From: Diplonema japonicum
Lineage: Eukaryota; Protista; Euglenozoa: Diplonemea
DNA length: 64,000 nucleotides
Reading direction: 5' to 3'
Assembly: GCA_964019335.1 (NCBI GenBank)
Contig: OZ025693.1
Coordinates: 372,001 to 436,000 of the forward strand
The notes under the pieces are model-generated. The model was given only the letters and a program-made list of their open reading frames with translations. It did no database searches and was not told the DNA's origin. Of the stretch, positions 22,278 to 34,119 are shown piece by piece. Numbering within the stretch: position 1 is the first letter of the stretch; the number at the start of each line of letters is the position of its first letter. Both the position numbers and the translations under genes were made by a program.

Positions 22278-23765
22278 TCACAACTTCGCGTCGGGTTTCC
22301 AACTCCACGCCTTCAACACGGCGTCACGGACGCGGTTCTGCAACACAGGTTTAGGGGAGTTTCCCCTTCCAAAAACGGCAGTGGGCCGTGTTGTAGAGTT
22401 GTGGGGAGCCCATGATATCGAAGGAGTCGACGGGTTCAGGGTTCGAACAAAGGAACCCCAACAGTCCATTACCGCCTGCGACAGACTAGCTACGTTGGGG
22501 TGTTCGCCAATAAAACTACCGATGCCGGGGGAGGCAAAGGTACCGAAGACCAAAGGTATGTCCATCAAATGCGAGGCTTTGAGACGACCGGAACCTTCCC
22601 ATTCAAGATGATAGCTGAACGCAGTTCCCTTGAACGTGTCAAGCATTCTGTTGTGCGGCAGGAAGAACATCATATCAGTGCGTGTCTGCGACAAGACATC
22701 TCTGTTGGAAAACCCCTGGCTTTCCCTCTCGATTTCGTTCAAAACCCTTTCAGCAGGCTCGGCTGTCTCGGTTCCCAACCGTTTCATAACCGAGCTCAAA
22801 ATCGTTTCCCTCTTAATTTCCCCTTTAATGCCGTCGATCCACAAATTGAATTCGTCCTTGTTCGTCCCAGACAGCACGGCAACATTTTCCCCAACACCTT
22901 GTTCAAATGCTTTGAATGGGTGTGGGAGGAATCCTCCTGGTACGTAGACCGGCGACATGTTGATCAGACCAATGTTCATGTCTTGTTCTGCTTTGAGTAA
23001 AACGTGTGCGGGGATCTTTCGAAGCGTGTCTGCGGTGAGCTCTTCCTTAGAAACCCCGAGCTTCTTGGCGTATTCCTGTGCTTGTTTTTCGGCTAACTTT
23101 ACAGAATAAACAGCGGGTGCACCGCTTTGCAGAATCGCGCCACGGAAGAGGTCTTTCGTAACGGTGTCTTTCATAGACAACAAACAGCCAACTGACATTG
23201 CACCAGCGGACTCTCCCATTATGGTGACCTTGCTGGGATCACCCCCGAAGTGGGATATTTCGTTTTGAACCCATTCCAATGCGAGGATTTGGTCCAGGAT
23301 GCCTAGATTGGGTGGGATGCCCGATTTTTTAGTGTACAGAAAGCCGAACACGCCAACACGGTAGTTGAGGCTAACTACGATGACATCTTGTGTTTTGACG
23401 AAGTTCGAAGGTTCGTAGAAGGCGGTGTGCCCGCTTCCCATTGAAAAGGCGCCGCCGTGGATCCACACCAAGACAGGGATCGGTTTGTTTTTTAAAGGTG
23501 CTGTGACGTTAACGGTCAGGCAGTCCTCGCCCATTGCACTGCCCGACCTTAGAGGTACGGTAAACGAATCGGGTGTTTTGACTTGCATGGCATCTTTGCC
23601 TACAGCACTGCAGTTCAACGCTCCACGCCATGCCTGTGCTGGGGTTGGTTCACGGAATCTCAGGTTGCCTACGGGTGGCTGAGCATATGGAATTCCTAAG
23701 AACTGCCTTACCCCGTTATGTATGCAGCCGTTGACCACTCCTCTTGATGTTTTGATACTCAGCAT
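22278..23765 (-). CDS. Type-B carboxylesterase (para-nitrobenzyl-esterase-like), intronless, C-terminal PTS1
   Basis: Motifs FLGIPYAQPP..LRF, EDCL, WIHGGAF, NYRVG, GESAG (Ser), GTNKDEF (Glu), SHLMDI (His). Ends AKL*. ATG at 23765. Confidence 0.92.
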   Translation of the reverse strand: MLSIKTSRGVVNGCIHNGVRQFLGIPYAQPPVGNLRFREPTPAQAWRGALNCSAVGKDAMQVKTPDSFTVPLRSGSAMGEDCLTVNVTAPLKNKPIPVLVWIHGGAFSMGSGHTAFYEPSNFVKTQDVIVVSLNYRVGVFGFLYTKKSGIPPNLGILDQILALEWVQNEISHFGGDPSKVTIMGESAGAMSVGCLLSMKDTVTKDLFRGAILQSGAPAVYSVKLAEKQAQEYAKKLGVSKEELTADTLRKIPAHVLLKAEQDMNIGLINMSPVYVPGGFLPHPFKAFEQGVGENVAVLSGTNKDEFNLWIDGIKGEIKRETILSSVMKRLGTETAEPAERVLNEIERESQGFSNRDVLSQTRTDMMFFLPHNRMLDTFKGTAFSYHLEWEGSGRLKASHLMDIPLVFGTFASPGIGSFIGEHPNVASLSQAVMDCWGSFVRTLNPSTPSISWAPHNSTTRPTAVFGRGNSPKPVLQNRVRDAVLKAWSWKPDAKL

Positions 23766-23845
23766 TTCCCCTCCTTGTTCAAGCAAATAAAGATGTCTTT
23801 GAAGGGAACCTGCAGTATGTGACAGGATCGCCAATAAATAAGATA

Positions 23846-24511
23846 CATAGTATACAGGGTTAACCGATCACCTTCGGGTTTTTTGATGGGTTTATCCCCG
23901 TTGATGATCGGGTCGTGATTGGTCCAAAACCTATATTTCGGATATAACCTTACCAAGTTCTTTGGTATGCGTTCTTTTTCTTTCAATCGATTGTTATATG
24001 TACTTATAAAATAAAATACACCAGGACCATGCTCATTTTCTTTTTTCAAAACCCCTATTTGAGCCATTCCCACCTCTTATGCAGTTTTGAGAAAACTGGT
24101 TTTCAGACTGTATCGTCCAAGGAAAACCCCGCTTTTCAGGAAAATAATCCTTTTCCATGCCGTTTCAATGCTCCCTGGGGCCGGCTTCGTGTATCTGGGA
24201 GATCCGGGAGACAAATAGAAGGGTTATAACAAGCATGGTTGCATGTGCTCTCCTCCCGTTTTAATTATTGACTTTTTTTTGATTTCGCTCCCAATTACAA
24301 CCCGCCAGAAACAAGGCACCAGCTTTTCGGAAAATAATCTTTTTCTAAGTCGTTTTGATGTTCCCTGGGGTCGGCTTTGTGTATCTAGGGGCCTGGGAGA
24401 CGAATAGAAGGGGTTTAAGCTTGGTTGCATGCTCGCCTTTCATTTGACGTTAATTTAAAACTCGGTTGTAATTAAATACCCGTGGGAGATCGGTTAACCC
24501 TGGATACTATG
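23846..24511. mobile_element. Non-autonomous TIR element (CATAG...CTATG termini)
   Basis: CATAGTATACAGGGTTAACCGATC matches GATCGGTTAACCCTGGATACTATG in inverted orientation. Internal ~110 bp degenerate direct repeat (about 24131-24245 and 24322-24432). Confidence 0.75.
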
Positions 24512-24658
24512 GGGGGGGAGGAAAGAAAAAAGAAAAAAGAGTCGGTTGATTGTTGCTTGTGCGCAGCCGGGATTAACCTGTAGAAGGATAAGCCCAACAA
24601 TGGTACCACTACTCTTTTTAGCAATAACAATTCATTATCAATATATTGTTTTTCTTGC

Positions 24659-24689
<31 letters not shown>

Positions 24690-24690
24690 T

Positions 24691-26253
24691 GGCATCGTTT
24701 CAAAAACCCCCCCCCAAAATGAGGCCAATTGACACTTTCAATATTTCTCTAAGTACTTTTTCCCAAAGAAAAAAAATTCTACAACTTTCCCGGCCCAGGT
24801 TAGGAAAGAAAACACCCCAGAAAATGGGAAAGTGAGTGTTAATAGTACCCAAAAATGGGTTTTTTCACTTTGCACAAATTCAGTAAAAGAGGGGGTGGCA
24901 AAAATGGATGCTTTTAAACTTGCTGTTGAGAAGCTAGGGGTAAAAAAAAATGGTATTCGGACCGAGAAAGGGTAAATGGGAACACCACGGCGATCAGGAC
25001 ACTTGCCACAGAGGTTTTTGAGAAGCTCAGTGGCAACGACTGTGCTGCACTAGTTTGTGACGTAGTGTGTAAAGGGGAACTTCTAGCGGCACTTCTGCTA
25101 TCATTTTCTGGTTGATTTAGTAGCCAACAAGACACCACACGGCGCCAATTGGTCAGAGGCATGAGGCTTGACCACATCACACATGATGAAATAAGGGCAG
25201 CTGGCTTACTGTTGGAAAAGTCTTGTTCCACAGTAGCATGGGCACAGAAAAAAATAAGGAAAAAAATGGAGTGGATACTCTGGACTGACGGTGGACGTCA
25301 CTTTCGTGCAAAGGAATTTTGCTACTTTGTTCTTTTTGGTCTTCGTTATGTATCTCCCGATCGGACGTTTTCCCTGTGGTTTCTGGGGGAGAAACACGGC
25401 AAAAACAACAGGGACAGCCACTTTGGTGTGCTCTCTCGTGTTTGGTTTTGGGTGCCTCGTTCCACAACAATTAAAACTGTGGAACAAATAGCTAACATCA
25501 CCAATACGATACAGTGTGCCGTGCATGTAGTTACTGATGTCTTTGGCCCGTACAAAAAGAAAATTCTTGAGTTTCCGGATTTTACAGGTGCATATGAGCT
25601 CAGGAGCACACCGGAGGGTGTATTTGCTACGTGTGCGTCCACGAGCTAGAAGGAACTAAAGTACATCATCAAAGAACTCGATGCAGACAGGGCAGAGAAA
25701 AGGCCCCCAGTCTAAGAATCTTGTGATGAGTATGAGGACGTTCCTGATAGCCTTCCCGGACTTGAAAAACGAGAAAGAATGGTAACCAAATTACAAAAAT
25801 ACTCGCCACCCCATGACAAGCCCAAAGCACAAGTACACGTATGAATGAGCCTCTTAAAACCCCCCCAAAATGCGGTAGAAGGCCTAATAGTATGAAAAAG
25901 AAACGAGGTCGCCCACTCAGCAGCAGCACATCTCAGCCGCAGAAGACTAGGAAATGAAGGTTTCCACTTCCAACATCATTTCAGCCACCTTCTAGCAGTG
26001 AGTTTCGCTATTTCTTGCTATTGAAAGCATAATCTCTGACTTTACCAAAACCACTAAAACCCGATTTTGACCCTAAGACTGAATTTTTCATAGGTCAAAA
26101 TAGCACCCTTGAGCGATTTCTGACCCGGGTTCTTTCCTAATATGGGCCGGGAAATATGGAGAATTTTTTTTAAAGGGGGCGGCATGCCCAAAGATGCAAC
26201 GAAAGTGTCAATTGGCCTCATTTTGGGGGGGGGGGGGGTTTTGAAATCGACCC
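24691..26253 (+). mobile_element. Sola-like DNA transposon, defective, inserted in (TA)n
   Basis: ~45 bp TIR (TTCAAAA-Cn-AAAATGAGGCCAATTGACACTTTC) with AT microsatellite on both sides. Transposase fragment 25149-25649 has WTDGGRHF and FLGEKHGKNNRDSHFG. Superfamily call is tentative. Confidence 0.7.
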
Positions 26254-26294
26254 ATATATATATATATATATGCGTTAAAGGAGGCCGGTTGATT

Positions 26295-26483
26295 ATAACC
26301 TGCCACCCTCATGGCAAAACAAGCATCGCAATTGAAAGAACGGCAACAGGTACACTATATATGTCATCTTCCTATGGTTGCATGCTGCCCTTTTTTTTTG
26401 CTCAAATAATCAAAACAAGAAATTTTCAGAGGTGCCCAAAAAAGTGTTGACATTTTTTTTCAGACGAGCTCATATATTGTTCA

Positions 26484-26490
<7 letters not shown>
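26295..26490. repeat. Dispersed repeat, second copy at about 30100-30300
   Basis: Shared sequence AACCTGCCACCCTCATGGCAAAAC...GGTACACTATATATGTCAT...GACGAGCTCATAT. Confidence 0.75.
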
Positions 26491-26520
<30 letters not shown>

Positions 26521-26523
<3 letters not shown>

Positions 26524-27030
26524 CTATGAAAGGAACGAAGTGGTTAGCAACGGCCCGCCGCGGTGGCGTGCCTACCTTATGATGCTCCCTTTTTGGGGTC
26601 GTTCCCTGCTACCCACCGTAGTGCCTAGCTGTCGTTTATATCTTCCAATCTTTTCTTTCCGGTAATCTTCTCTCAGTCCTTTCAGCTTGGTCGCCGTCAG
26701 CCGATGCAAACAGGGCCCTCCTATCAAAGCCAACGACGTGGTCGCGGCCAATGGATCGTAGTGATCTCACGTTCTTGCATGACTGCGCCGGAAAAGCGCG
26801 TCTCCTCTTCTCCCTCACCCATGTCGCTTGCAGCGTATCCAGGATCCGCTTGATCCTCACCGCCTTCTTGTCGATGTCAACCGTCGTGTTGATGTTAACC
26901 CCCAGCGTCTTCTTCGTGTAGCACCCGAAGTCAATCGCCAGCTCGATCGCCGACACGGACGTTCCCTCCTCCGCCCACCGCAGCGCAGCCAGCCATCTCA
27001 GCACCTGATCACCATACTCCCTGCGGGGTC
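26521..27030 (-). mobile_element. 3' relic of LINE-like retroelement, family 1
   Basis: ORF 26636-27004 (LRWLAALRW..SAIELAIDF..FDRRALF) is homologous to the 41192 ORF. The 3' UTR ends CATAGTGA followed by a T-run on the coding strand. Confidence 0.55.
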
Positions 27031-27672
27031 AGCTTGAGCTTGTACAGTTCCACAACCTTTGGCGCCTCGAAACGCCTTCCTTTTTCTTGTTCAAGCAAAA
27101 AGAGAAAAAAAAAGAATCATCATAGTGTGCGGAAGGTGATAAATTTCTACTCAGCATCGATGGTTAGATGCCTGCGCTTCCTCACGGACGACGTGGTGGT
27201 TAAAAAAAAAAAAAGAACATGCGCCGCTGTGGCGGAAAAAAGTTCTCTTGAGTCATTATTCAATTAGATTTGCAAGAAGAAGAAAAAAAATAATTCTTTA
27301 TGACTATATGTCTTTGTTGTTCGCATGTGAGCTCGTCCAAAAAAAAAAAATAAATAAAAAAAAAAAGAAAGAAAGAGACATTGAAAAAAAAGAGGAAGAA
27401 TGACTTGCTTATAAATCGCCTGTCGCACAAGCAACTGCAGGCACAGTCTACTTGATTACAAGGCGCACCTCGGCCGAGTTGTAGCTTCTTCTGCGTTCCG
27501 CGTTACTCAACCCCGGCGACCCAGGTAACCAAGATTCTGCGCTCGTGCAGTTTGCTTGTTCGTCGCCCTGAGCATCTGCAATACGTTGTTCCACTCAGGT
27601 GCCGGAGGGCCACCCTAAGGCGATCCTAGCCTACAGCAACTTTTATCACGCATCCCATACAATACCAATTAA

Positions 27673-29433
27673 CCATCTATCAACGGACCATTTTTGCCCA
27701 CCAGGGGGGTAAATTTTCAAAACTTCAAAAAAAAACTATTCTAGCGCAACGCTGGGGCGTCTCTATTCTAGAGAGAGGGTGCCCACAGCAGGGCCCACCC
27801 CCACAACATTGTCAAAAATATCGTTCCCGAAGTGCTCGAGAGGGGTACAAAAAACAAGTCAAAAAAAATCGACTGTAAAATTCTATAAAAAGCTATTTAA
27901 GGCCTTGACGCGGTTCGTACGTGCCCCAGGGCTGGGGGACTTCTTTTTTGACCCCGAGAGGGGTTTCTGGGGGGGTATCCCCGGCAAGGTGGTAGTCTTT
28001 GAAGCCCGGAGTCACGCAAAGTTGTACCAAGCAGGCTGAACACTGAAATAGGGGTCTTTTCGACTTGAAATGCTTGCACCGCACGTTGCGGGGAAATGGT
28101 CCCAGAAGGTACTGTCGCGTCGCATTGGGGCCTCAGGGCACTCGTTCTGTGTTTCGGGGCATGGTATTGGGGCAGCCTGCTCTGTAGTTGACTTTAGCTG
28201 TTGTTTGGGCAGCCTCCCTAGTAGCCCTTCGATGACTGCCTCTTTGAAAGGCGTGAATCCCTGTCGTTCATACTCAGGGTGTTGGGGGGCAATGCTTCTT
28301 TCCAAACAAGCCGGGTATTTGCCAGAGATTTATCTAACAAGTACGAAAATACTTTCAGGGGCCACTTCGAAGTCATAAGGGTGCGTTATGGCGTTTTGTC
28401 ACAGCGTCACCCAGCGTCGGTTCCGCCCATTGCGGTGTAAATATGCACTTGGTGGGGAGCGGGATGTCCTTTCTGGAGGGCCTCCGGCTTTCATTCTCTT
28501 TTGGCCGACACGCCAAATTTGACTTCACCAGAACATCCAACGTCGACAGAAAGCGCACAGGCTTGATGTCATGCCACGTTGTGGTGCAAAGGATGCTCAC
28601 GTGCTGGTGGAACTGGGTGTCCCCACAGGGTGCGCGTCCTTGGGCTTGCGGCCTCGCTTCTTTGGGGCATCCGTGATCTCCGGGAGGCCTTCGCGATAGG
28701 TAGAAGTCAGCACGCTTGTTTGTTTCGCTGTGGAAACACAGATTTCCCAGAATAGTCAAAAAGCGGTCTCTTGACATGACGGTGGCGTACCCAGGGGTGT
28801 GGTTGAGAGACGTGGAGCCAGTGCGCCAGTAGTCAGAATAATCTGGCTTGATATCCAAGTCCATCGACAAAAGGGCACCTAGGAAGGTATGCAGAGAAGC
28901 AGCATCGAGATCCAGGGAGACACCTTTTTTAGCCGCATTTGCCACATTGTTCGAAGTTATGACCCGAATAACGTTTGGGACGAGCATTTGGGAGAATATA
29001 TGGAATGGCGTTGAGCCTCTGATGTCAAAACAGGGTCCACAAGGATTCCGATCTTCACGAAACCGGATGTCTTCCAACTGCTCCGACTTTGCCGTCCAAT
29101 CACCCTGCTGTGACGGAATGGTCGAATTCGTATCAGAATCACTGTTCGTATCAAAATTGCATAATAGGGATGAGCCATCAGCTACCATCACTCATAATAT
29201 CCTCTTCCGGCCTCTTTCTGGGTGCCCTTTTTTTAAGTGATTTTTAAGGGTAAATTTGGGCTGGCGTTTTTTTTTATTTTTTTCATTTTCTTGCAGCATT
29301 TAGTTTATATTTTTCATATTTTCCGCGTAGGACCCCGGATGCGAGAAGTGTCCGGGCCTTATTGCATTGAAAGCCCTTTGCGCAAAAGATTTTTTTCCAA
29401 ATCGTCTCTATAAAGACGCTCGTTGGTAGATGG
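27673..29433 (-). mobile_element. piggyBac, defective (second copy)
   Basis: Ends TTAA|CCATCTATCAACG ... CGTTGGTAGATGG|TTAA. Colinear with 19595-21370. Confidence 0.9.
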
Positions 29434-30540
29434 TTAAATAGAGAAAAAAAAAAGCCCATGCACCGAATCCTAACCTCGACTTTGCTGATGTATTTTTATA
29501 TTTCACAGCCGGGGTTAACCTGCAGAAGGATCTTTTTAGCAATAACAATTCATTAACACCTCTCCGCTATTTTCACAAAGTTTTGCCCACAAATTTTATA
29601 TTTCTCTAAGTATACAAATCAAAAGCCATGCCTGGATTTGCTCCAGAAGTGGAATCAAACTCCGAATTAGAAAAGAGGTGCTGTCATTTTTTTTTTTTTT
29701 TTTTTTATTTTCTTTAAGCCCAGCGAAAAATGACAACCCTCAGCAGATGGGTAGAAAATGCATATTTGGCCCAAAGATACCAATGTTGAGCGTGTTAAGT
29801 CTTGGGTTTTCAGCAAAATGATTTCATTTTAAGCCAAGTCCCTTAGGAACCCCTTGAAAAAAGCAAAAAAATAGGGCTTAAAAAACCGGTTTTTTGGGGG
29901 CTATGCAACGCCATATATTTTTCTCTAAGTACTTTTAACAGTAACCTGACCCTGGGTTGTACCCAAGGGTCACAAGTGTGTGTGCACCACTTTTATGCAC
30001 CCTAGGTGCCGCATTTCAAGCTTTAAAATTGCATTTTATTCATTTTCCGCAGTTTTTTTTGACCTCTGTTTTTCGCTTCCCGGGGGCAGCCGGTTGCAAA
30101 ACCTGCCACCCTCATGGCAAAACAGCGTCGCAATTGAAAGAACGGCAACAGGTACACTATATATGTCATTTTCCTTTGGTTGCATGCTGCCCTTTTTTTG
30201 CTCAAATAATCAAAATAAAAAAATTTCGAACTGCCAAAAAAGTGTTGACATTTTTTTTTTCCGGACGAGCTCATATTGTCTTTTTTTGCTCAAGCAAAAA
30301 AAAACTATTCTTTTAACCGAATCGTCCAATACTACCTATAGGCGTTGTTGCAATGACCACCACAGCCATCGTCAACGTGCCAAAAAATGAGCTAAACTCG
30401 CACTGGTGTGAGCTTCAAGTTCGTTGTTCGCACGAGCAAAAAAGGTTTTTAAAAAGTTGCGAAAGTTTTTTGCCCGGCGCAAGTTGCATATAGCTATAAA
30501 ATCTTTTTTTTTGAAAGATAAATATTTGTAACAAAAAAAA

Positions 30541-30885
30541 ATTCGATAAAGCTTCAGTGTTCATGGGGGTGCTCACTGTTCAAGTAGAAATTCACACTAA
30601 TCGGTCACCGTTCTGCGGTTGCTGTGTCGTGCTAGGTAGGGGGGTTGTTTGGTTCGAGGAGAAGAGTGGCCTCCTGTCGTAGCCGTGTGCCGTCGGGCCC
30701 CCCATATGTCGCAAGGTGTGCACCCTCGACTTAGCTTTGGCAGGAAAAAACAATGCACCCTCCTTTCCCTGCACATTTCTGGATACGACCCAAGAGATAT
30801 CGCATTCTATTGGCCTCCTCCGTGAGGGAGTCCTGGTCGGCAAGCGGACCTATGAGTGACCGGCGGGTGGTCTGCTCATAATGGG
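30541..30885 (-). mobile_element. 5'-truncated LINE-like relic, family 2
   Basis: Same 3' end and peptide (RVHTLRHMGGPTAHGYDRRPLF) as the 41143-41860 copy. Confidence 0.6.
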
Positions 30886-31057
30886 TGGTGTGGCAGTTGT
30901 AATCGTACCATAGGCCTCGAAAAAGGAAGGAACACGTCGTCTCCCCAGATCTCGAACGCTTCCTGGTTTGCCCATTGATGCTGGGTCTAGCGCGGTTAAG
31001 AAGTTGCTCGTACGCCAGGCGGTTTATGAAGCAACCAAAATTCATCTTCTTTTTTTA

Positions 31058-31250
31058 TTGACGCTGTTCGGAGGAATCAACGTGCACATCGCATTTATCT
31101 CCCTGCCTCACCTACATGATTAAGCCAATGGATATCGGCTTAAACGCCGTAGTTAAGTCGTCCATCGGACAAGCTGGTCGCTGCAGCCGAGAAGTGGAAG
31201 GTGTCTACATCCAGCGATATCAAAGGGCCCCACTTGAGGTATCCGAGGTT
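31058..31250 (+). pseudogene. pogo transposase fragment
   Basis: INVHIAF..YMIKPMDIGLNAVVKSSI..STSSDIKGPHLR matches the C-terminal part of the 35028-36464 ORF. Confidence 0.75.
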
Positions 31251-31423
31251 TATGTTAGCAAGAAACGGGGAAATCGGGGTTTCCGGTTGTTGCCGTTTCC
31301 TTAATGTTGAGATAAACGTTTCATTCTCAGAGACGTGTTCCCTTCTTAAGGAAGCGGCCCCAAAACAAGGAAACGTTTCCGTTTCCCTTTTCATGAAAAT
31401 CTTGGAAATGCGTTTCCTTGCCA

Positions 31424-31648
31424 AGGCCGCGCTAGGTATGGGAAGGCCTGATTAGAGATGGTGACAGTGGCAATGCCAGCGACAGCGGCAGCTCTTAGTC
31501 AACAAAAGGAGGAAAAACAACTTGTATTGTAACCTTTGTAACCCCTCTCTTGTTGTACCCCTTGTCACCCTGTTGTGCCCCTCGTGGTGAAGTAATTTCA
31601 GAGTGTCGTGAAATAAAACCACTTACCTACCGCCAAGTAATGCTTTAC
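31424..31648. mobile_element. Hairpin-ended element, partial inverted copy D
   Basis: Near-exact reverse complement of about 21600-21826. Confidence 0.85.
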
Positions 31649-32556
31649 AACATAGCCCCAGGCATAGTAGTGATGTGCAGTATGCTTCTTTGGTTTTTGG
31701 AGGAAGGTTGCCTGGGGTTCGATAGGAAGTGAGTGTCATCGGGCCAACAGAAGTTTTCACCTATTTTCGTATATGTTCAAACCGTGCGAAAGAAGGGAAC
31801 TGGGACTGCGAGGAAAGGCAGCATAATCCCCCCCCTTTTTTTTCTTTTCGCCTTTTTTATTCTAAGCTTTTTGCTGCACAGGTATCCCAGTGAATAGCTG
31901 AGAAAATGAACTCTGAAATCCAGTGACCGATCCGGGTGTTTTTAACTTTACAGTATTTATTGCCGGATTTGTGTTTATTTTGTTCAGTATTAATAATGTG
32001 CTGTATACATTATGAACCTTTTTCGGATTTTGGCCTCAATTTGAGACTTTATACGGAACAATACTAACTATTGATTTTTGGTAAAATAAAGTCCACTTTA
32101 ATAGCAGAATCTGTGATTTTATTTATCGTTTTTGCCCCCCCCCCCCCGACCTAGTGCTTTTTTTTTTTGGCTGGGGCGCGTTTTATATTTAGCATGCTAA
32201 AAAAAATAAATAATGGCAGAAAAGAAAGAAAAAAGGGGAGAACTACTTCTCCTGCTTGATCATGGTGGCTGCCGGCTGGCTTGGTGGATGGGTCTTGTCG
32301 CACATTGTGCCTTGAGAAAGTGGGCTTTGGTTCTGGCCATTGCCTCGCTTTGCCATCCTAGATGAGTGGCCAGGGATGATGTGGCCCCGCAGCGGCTTGC
32401 GTAGCGCAAGAACGCCTCACGTTGGAGCATCAACTCACGGCTGCTTCAGTTGGCTTGTCATCTCTTATTTGGACGAAGAAACACTCGTTCTTTACATGTT
32501 CTCTTAGTTTCAGCCACCACCGATCACAAACCTGCAAGAAACATGAAAAATATGAG

Positions 32557-32690
32557 TTAAAGGAGGCCGGTGTTGACTCGGGCGCTACCGGTGATGACCG
32601 ACGAGGAGGTCAACAGCGAACAACACATCTGATGTTTTTCTTATATTTTCATGTTATCCCCACCACCAAAAAAAAAAAAAAAAAAATACT
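32557..32690 (+). mobile_element. Internally deleted copy of the SINE-like family
   Basis: Head TTAAAGGAGGCCGGTGTTG joined directly to the tail ..ATGTTATCCCCACCACC-polyA. Confidence 0.6.
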
Positions 32691-32890
32691 TACTTTTTTT
32701 TTGATGTTTCTATCCAAAACAAGGGAAAATAAATAAAATATCGGATTTTTAGAGCAAACTGAACTTTATTCTTCCCTCTGGAATAAAGTTCACTTTATTT
32801 ATTCAAAAATCAATAGTTATTATTTCCCGCCGGGAAATAAAGTCTACTTCATTTATGGGCCAAAAACACTAGGGAGGTAAAAAGATAAAT

Positions 32891-33276
32891 AATAGCTATT
32901 TACTGCCAACAAGTAATGACTTTACCGTTACCTCGAGGTTCCAGTGCGGAACCGAGAGGTCGGTAAAGCATTACTTGGCGGCAGGTAAGTGGTTTTATTT
33001 CACGACACTCTGAAATTATTTTACACGAGGGGCACAAAGGGGTGACAAGGGGTACAACAAGAAACAAGAGAGGGGTACAAAGGTTACAATACAAGTTGTT
33101 AACCGGAGGGAAAAGTAGCCCCACTGGGGACTGAACCGAGCCAAAAATTGACCTACCGAGGCCATATTATTTACTTCACGGAAAACAGGCCATTATTTCA
33201 CCGTGAAGTAATGAGATTTAGCGTGAAGTAATGGGCCCCCTAGTGCGTGAAGTAATTTCAGAAGAGTGAAATAAAA
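32891..33276. mobile_element. Hairpin-ended element, copy C (internally deleted)
   Basis: Same termini as copy B, with the hairpin centre and middle deleted. Confidence 0.8.
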
Positions 33277-33879
33277 AAATTATTTTTATTTTTAAAAAAA
33301 CTGTTTCTGCTTGGGCTGAGCGGACTGACTAGCTTCTTAAAGACGTTTAATTCCCATCGCCGGCTTTCTTCCCATCGTTCGGTGTTTTCCAGGGAGTTTA
33401 CCTGAAAATAGGTGCAGGAGTGACAGAATGTAACATCAAATCACTCCTGGGCCTTATTTCTCTATAAACTGTGAGTGGAAATAAAAATAATAATAAAAAA
33501 GAAAAAGACATTTACAAATAAAGTTGAGCGCGATATAAAGTAAAATCTTATTTTCACTCCCATCCTCGAAAACCCGGATCGAATTAAAAAAAAAAAAAAA
33601 AAAGAGACATTTAAGGGTACCTGCGGTATGTGGCAGGATCGCCTAATAATAATAAATAGAGTATGTGACGCTTCTGTGCTCCCCCAGGTGCTGCAAAGGT
33701 AGGCCACCTCAGAAGGCAGCACACTGAAGGAAGGTTTGTTAAGTGGAAAAGTGTTGTTGTTGTTTTTTTTTTTTTTTTTTTTTTTTCTTTTCTTTTTTTC
33801 TTTTCTTTTTTACGCTTCAGATCTGTTTGCCTAAGTCAAAATTGGGTTCTTTAGGCCCCCAGAAGGTATTATAAAAAAA

Positions 33880-33947
33880 TGACAAATTTCGGTGAACGGG
33901 TGTGCTCACCGTTCAGGGAGAAATTCACACTAATCGATCACCGTTCT
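33880..33947 (-). mobile_element. Short 3'-end-only copy of LINE-like family 2
   Basis: Sequence TTTCGGTG..GCTCACCGTTCAGGGAGAAATTCACACTAATCG, preceded by an A-run on the + strand. Confidence 0.6.
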
Positions 33948-34119
33948 CCCCACGGTTCCCGAGTAAATTATGGTCATAATTTGTTGCAAATAAATAGCTA
34001 TTATTCAGGGGGGTGTACAGTTGAAGAAGATGAGCTGACACTTTACGGATCTGATCTGAAGCAGATCCATTTTTTTTTTCCCCTCTCTTTTTTCTTTTCT
34101 TTTTTCTTTTTTTTAGATA

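Noticed and set aside
23831-23850. TATGTATCTTATTTATTG upstream of the esterase resembles the 3' end of the euglenozoan spliced leader
   Set aside because: The match needs gaps, is AT-rich, and part of it belongs to the adjacent TIR.
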